Shown piece by piece: positions 60,664 to 64,000 of a stretch of 64,000 bases of DNA; within the stretch, counting starts at the first letter, position 1; each line of letters begins with the position of its first letter. Position numbers and translations under genes: made by a program. Under the pieces are notes generated by a model that saw only the letters and a program-made list of their open reading frames with translations, was not told the DNA's origin and searched no databases. Source of the DNA: a virus (Duplodnaviria; Caudoviricetes); IMG/VR virus record IMGVR_UViG_3300037043_000091, positions 7,526-71,525 of that record. One strand, given 5' to 3'.

Positions 60664-60824
60664 TATTTCTTCCGCTCCAGATATATTTTCTGAAAAAACT
60701 TATAGTGTTCTTCAGGAAACCTCTTGGACAAAACAAGACTCTCGGTAACAAATGAATGAAGGCTTCCATTTGCATATAACTCAAAACGGAAATTATTCGG
60801 GTTATAATGCCAGCCGTCTTTCAT
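60663..60824 (-). CDS. 53-aa protein sharing YNPNNFRFELY with its upstream neighbour (not in ORF track)
   Basis: ATGA overlap; MKDGWHYNPNNFRFELYANGSLHS... Confidence 0.55.
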   Translation of the reverse strand: MKDGWHYNPNNFRFELYANGSLHSFVTESLVLSKRFPEEHYKFFQKIYLERKK

Positions 60825-61049
60825 CTTTTCACCAGGTAAACCGGGTCCAGCGCTTCGATCATGTCCGCCAGGTCCGGGTCGATCTCGCTTATGGCCTGCA
60901 TTAACCGGATTTTTGACAAAGGTGGCGTTTTGTAGATTTTTGACAAAGGTGGCGTTTTGTAGTCTTCCAGGTAATCCCAGGCTTCCTTGGATACCGTCCC
61001 CGCTTCTTCAAGTGTATATAACTCAAAACGGAAATTATTCGGGTTATAA
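60774..61049. repeat. 34-bp direct repeat pair
   Basis: ATATAACTCAAAACGGAAATTATTCGGGTTATAA at 60774-60807 and 61016-61049. Confidence 0.9.
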
Positions 61050-61120
61050 GGCAAACTGCCCAACTCTAACGCTCGTCGGGCGAAGTTCCCTTGACAGTTC
61101 TTAAACCTTTCGTCGGGCAT
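60821..61120 (-). CDS. hypothetical protein
   Basis: GGAGG RBS before MPDERF. Confidence 0.6.
   Translation of the reverse strand: MPDERFKNCQGNFARRALELGSLPYNPNNFRFELYTLEEAGTVSKEAWDYLEDYKTPPLSKIYKTPPLSKIRLMQAISEIDPDLADMIEALDPVYLVKR
60909..60962. repeat. perfect 27-bp in-frame tandem duplication (YKTPPLSKI x2)
   Basis: ATTTTTGACAAAGGTGGCGTTTTGTAG twice. Confidence 0.95.
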
Positions 61121-61269
61121 GAGTCCTCCACCTGGCAATAGGGCTCCGGCGTCGGTAAGCGGAACTCTCTTATGGGGGAAATCGGGCGCCAGGGTCTTAT
61201 CCACTTGGCGCAACAATCCGGGTTCGTGGCCATCGGCCGGAAATGAGGACAGTCAGCTTCCTTGGTCAC
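61066..61269 (-). CDS. small Cys-rich protein
   Basis: AGGAGG RBS, GTGA overlap. Confidence 0.5.
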   Translation of the reverse strand: MTKEADCPHFRPMATNPDCCAKWIRPWRPISPIREFRLPTPEPYCQVEDSCPTKGLRTVKGTSPDER

Positions 61270-61490
61270 CGGGGCCTCCTGCTGTGGGGTCGCCGGCCGG
61301 CAACCGAGTGGAGCCCCTGCTTTTTGAATCGCTCCCACACCGTCCGGGTACTCATGCCCAGGTCCAGGCCGATTTCCTCATGGCTGAAGCCCTTGGTGAA
61401 ATACAGGTCTTGCAGCATGGCCAGGGAGGTGGGGTACTCCTTGGCTTTGGCAATAGCCTCCCAATCTATCTTCCGCCCTTGGACCGCCAT
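61266..61490 (-). CDS. HTH DNA-binding protein
   Basis: LY..KG.S.EEIG..LG.S..TV..R.K..G. Confidence 0.7.
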   Translation of the reverse strand: MAVQGRKIDWEAIAKAKEYPTSLAMLQDLYFTKGFSHEEIGLDLGMSTRTVWERFKKQGLHSVAGRRPHSRRPR

Positions 61491-61714
61491 CAGACCACCT
61501 CCATGAGCCACCTGGCGAACTGCTCCTGGGCAATCATCTTACCTTCTTCATCCGTCCGGGCAGGGCAGCTTTTCAGGCCCGGAACCTTGGGGTGAACCCA
61601 CCACTCATCCGGGGCATTATCTGATTTGTGGAGGGCCACCGTCATCAGCGTGTACGGCCCCAGCTTCCCGTTCCATGTCCCGTTTTCCATCTGTGACCAC
61701 TTCAGTAATGCCAT
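61490..61714 (-). CDS. hypothetical protein
   Basis: AGGAGG RBS; coupled. Confidence 0.6.
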   Translation of the reverse strand: MALLKWSQMENGTWNGKLGPYTLMTVALHKSDNAPDEWWVHPKVPGLKSCPARTDEEGKMIAQEQFARWLMEVV

Positions 61715-61899
61715 TTTCTCCCTCCTTTATCCGGGTAAGGGGTTATCCAGGCGTCCTTGTCAAACTCCAGTTGATCCACGAAAGCTATGAGTGTGTGGCA
61801 GGGGCAGAAGAACCCGATCAGCTTGTAGATGTCGTCGCACTCGACCCGCAACGGCCTCGCCTCTATGGGGCATTGACACCCTGCCGCCTGGCACTTCAT
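61702..61899 (-). CDS. small Cys-containing protein
   Basis: C..AGC.C..CPC. Confidence 0.55.
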   Translation of the reverse strand: MKCQAAGCQCPIEARPLRVECDDIYKLIGFFCPCHTLIAFVDQLEFDKDAWITPYPDKGGRKWHY

Positions 61900-62045
61900 T
61901 TCTTAATGATCCCCCGGCGACGGAGCGCCTGGAACACCGCTTGCTTCGTCACCGGCGGGTCTTGACGCCGCCCTATCTCCGACAAGGACAGCCCCTCCCT
62001 GTACAGCCGGATTACTTCCTCCATGTCCTTGAACGGCGGCGCCAT
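61896..62045 (-). CDS. small HTH protein (49 aa, not in ORF track)
   Basis: MAPPFKDMEEVIRLYREGLSLSEIGRRQDPPVTKQAVFQALRRRGIIKK. Confidence 0.65.
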   Translation of the reverse strand: MAPPFKDMEEVIRLYREGLSLSEIGRRQDPPVTKQAVFQALRRRGIIKK

Positions 62046-62049
62046 CGCT

Positions 62050-62260
62050 TTAAGTTCTCCTTATCGTCCACAGGTCCCCACAAAGCCCGGGGTTCGTCAG
62101 ATACGCATAGGGGATCGTGAAATACCCGGCATCCCCCCAATTCGATCCATAGCTGTTCCGCACGATGCACCGCTGCACCGTCGGCAGGACCCCCACCACC
62201 ATCACGGCATGGCCACCAAGACGCGTTTCATTCGTCGCCGGCAGATGCAGGGCGCACCAG
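62050..62260 (-). pseudogene. C-terminal remnant of a papain-like (C1A) cysteine peptidase
   Basis: GGHAVMVVG..IVRNSYG..WG..GYF.IPY; no catalytic-Cys half and no credible start. Confidence 0.8.
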
Positions 62261-62545
62261 CACCAGCCCCAAAAGGCCCGACCCCAGCAGCCATACCGTA
62301 GGCGGAATCGGCACATTCGGATTGCCGCCACCACCTACCTGGCCGGTCAGGTCATTCGTACAGGTCGCCGTCCCCCAGGTGGCAAAGGCGTCCTCCCACC
62401 CCGTTTCAATCGACACCATGTAAACCGGGGAAGTCGGAGCCGGAGGCAAAGGACTCCAGTTCACCTCGTTGATCGAATACCCATGCGCCACCGGCGCCAA
62501 CACCGCCAACATCAAAATCGCCGCCAAAATCGTCTTCCACTTCAT
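62228..62545 (-). CDS. mini secreted protein with PEP-CTERM/VPLPA-CTERM-type anchor
   Basis: Signal peptide MKWKTILAAILMLAVLAPVAHG; C-terminal VPIPPTVWLLGSGLLGLVLVR. Confidence 0.85.
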   Translation of the reverse strand: MKWKTILAAILMLAVLAPVAHGYSINEVNWSPLPPAPTSPVYMVSIETGWEDAFATWGTATCTNDLTGQVGGGGNPNVPIPPTVWLLGSGLLGLVLVRPASAGDE

Positions 62546-62573
62546 CTTCGTTCCCTCCTACTTCACTTAAAAG

Positions 62574-62717
62574 TTAACTGCGATTCGACTCCTTCCACAA
62601 CGTCAGGCGCTCACCCAAGGCCCCTACCCGGCGCATCAACCACAACACCGGGGACAAGACCATCGCCACCATCGACAGCAAAAAGGCCAGCGCCAGGGAA
62701 AACCAAGGACTACTCAT
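62574..62717 (-). CDS. small single-TM protein (47 aa, not in ORF track)
   Basis: ATGA overlap; WFSLALAFLLSMVAMVLSPVLWLMRR. Confidence 0.55.
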   Translation of the reverse strand: MSSPWFSLALAFLLSMVAMVLSPVLWLMRRVGALGERLTLWKESNRS

Positions 62718-63472
62718 TTCGGAAAACCCCGTACCCTCGTATGAGCCGGAACACCAGGCAAATACAGATTGTCCTTCAGAAACACCGGAACCCCAGCATC
62801 CTCATACTGACCCATCAGGCTGTTTACCCAATCCGGCGAAGGATGCACCGCACCCGGACCCGTCATGGCCCCGATGATGGCCCAATTCAAATGCTGGGAT
62901 TCCGGCTTCCTGCCGCACTCGACCACATTGAGCCATTGGCCTTCGGTGTGAATTTGGAGCCAGCGCTTTTTCATTTCAATCGCTCCCAACAACGGCTCAT
63001 GGCTCACAAACCGCACCGGGGCGTCCACCTGCAAGAGCCACGGCAGCCGCTCATCCGCATCGGCCTGGTTCGTCACCGTCGTCCCGACCCAGCAGTTCGT
63101 GGGCCAGGGGTTGAAGTCTTTCAGGCGCTTCGGGTTCTTTGTCAGGAACTGGAAGGTGTGTTTTGGATTATATTTCGCTACCTGAAGCACCGCCAGAATC
63201 CATTGATCCAATACCCAATCACCGAACAGGTCACCCATCGAACACACGAAAATCTTGGCGGGCTTCTTCCGTTTGGCAGGTTCATCAAGCAGCAGCGGGA
63301 AGAAGTGAGGGCTGAACTTGCCGCCCGGCAGCCCTGGATAGAACCGCTCTGCCATGCGACGGGCGTAGCAGTATGAGCAAAAGTTCGGCTTCTCCGCCGT
63401 CCCACCCGGTCCCCAACATCCCGTAACCGGGTTCCACGTATAATCCGTCCACTCGATCTTCGTCTTATTCAT
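62714..63472 (-). CDS. Gp37/Gp68 (DUF5131) radical-SAM-like protein
   Basis: TKIEWTDYTWNPVTGC..C..CYA..IFV.SMGDLF..H.FQ.LTK.P..RF.S.EPLL. Confidence 0.9.
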   Translation of the reverse strand: MNKTKIEWTDYTWNPVTGCWGPGGTAEKPNFCSYCYARRMAERFYPGLPGGKFSPHFFPLLLDEPAKRKKPAKIFVCSMGDLFGDWVLDQWILAVLQVAKYNPKHTFQFLTKNPKRLKDFNPWPTNCWVGTTVTNQADADERLPWLLQVDAPVRFVSHEPLLGAIEMKKRWLQIHTEGQWLNVVECGRKPESQHLNWAIIGAMTGPGAVHPSPDWVNSLMGQYEDAGVPVFLKDNLYLPGVPAHTRVRGFPK

Positions 63473-63507
63473 GCGTCAACCTTATACCGTCAATTTATCC
63501 CCGTCAA
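63473..63507 (-). promoter_or_regulatory. three TTGACG boxes at 14-bp period before the first gene of the long operon
   Basis: Minus strand TTGACGGGGATAAA TTGACGGTATAAGG TTGACGC ATG. Confidence 0.5.
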
Positions 63508-63684
63508 TATATTATTTTGCTTTTTGCGTAAAAATTTTTATGACCCCACTTAAACCCCAGATATAAAGCCTAAATCCGGTTTTATCTTTTTTCATTTTCT
63601 GACTGTTCATTTCTATCCAGTACACGGTTGCAAATGGGTGTTTGGTTTTTGCATTGTCGGGTGCGGACGGGGCATTGATGATAT

Positions 63685-63900
63685 GGGGGGGGAGTCCCGG
63701 GTTTCCGGGTTTCGGGTTCCGGGCCGGGGCCAGGTGTCCGAATGGTCCTCAGTCGGGGCCGGGGCCGGGGCCGGGGCCGGGCCGTGGGGCTGGGGGGCTG
63801 GGGCGCTGGCGCTGGGCCGGGCGCTGGGCCTTGGTTGTGGCGCTGGCGCTGGGGGCTGGGGGCGGGCTGGGCTGGGGCTGGGGGCCTGGGGGCCTGCCTG
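63685..63900 (+). repeat. strand-asymmetric G-rich low-complexity tract
   Basis: CCGGGTTT-like, (CGGGGC)x4, GCGCTG and GGGGCTG repeats; numerous G3-G8 runs on plus only. Confidence 0.85.
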
Positions 63901-63934
63901 CCTATAAATGATTAATATCATTATACATTATTCG

Positions 63935-63966
63935 ATCATACCGATAATATAGATTATAGGTATGAT
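63935..63966. other. 13-6-13 Xer/dif-like palindromic site
   Basis: ATCATACCGATAA-TATAGA-TTATAGGTATGAT; arms 12/13 identical as inverted repeat; ATAA-N6-TTAT core. Confidence 0.6.
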
Positions 63967-64000
63967 TAACGGGTTATTTGCAGGGGCCTTGTGGGTATGG

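Noticed and set aside
60774-61049. Mini CRISPR array
   Set aside because: Only two copies, 242 bp apart, both in coding frames; no cas genes
62165-63376. 403-aa plus-strand ORF
   Set aside because: Arg/Pro-rich shadow over four well-supported minus-strand genes
63613-63921. Pro/Ala-rich ORF over the G-rich tract
   Set aside because: Open frame is explained by low-complexity GC sequence; no RBS
1-64000. tRNA/rRNA genes, inteins, alternative genetic code
   Set aside because: No T-loop or cloverleaf seen, terminase and RecT cores are uninterrupted, and long genes read through under the standard code; scan was by eye only

Overview
The window is almost entirely a GC-rich tailed dsDNA phage genome, probably near-complete, with P22/N4-like podovirus architecture; no host chromosomal DNA is evident. 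Layout: (1) a plus-strand cluster of small early genes starting inside a ligase-type nucleotidyltransferase and including a compact tyrosine recombinase (1-3812); (2) a minus-strand replication operon (Cro-like HTH, SSB, DUF4373-type initiator, helicase loader, DUF3850/ASCH, HU; 4005-7534); (3) a divergent plus-strand operon (tandem-HTH protein, ParB-like, PD-(D/E)XK exonuclease, RecT; 7680-12207); (4) a ~51 kb minus-strand run from a Gp37/Gp68 radical-SAM-like gene through small accessory genes (PEP-CTERM-type mini protein, sulfotransferase-like, KTSC, Acb2/Tad1-like), terminase, portal, scaffold, capsid, decoration proteins, a glycosyltransferase-methyltransferase fusion, tail and fibre genes, ejection proteins including a 3915-aa polyvalent protein, and a lysis cassette. 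It ends in a non-coding region with a G-rich tract and a 13-6-13 Xer/dif-like palindrome. The best candidates for undescribed systems are a virion glycosylation-methylation module with an adjacent Asn-x-Thr-rich decoration protein (possibly extended by the sulfotransferase), and a mini recombinase plus dif-like site. All family calls come from motif recognition by eye; no searches were run.
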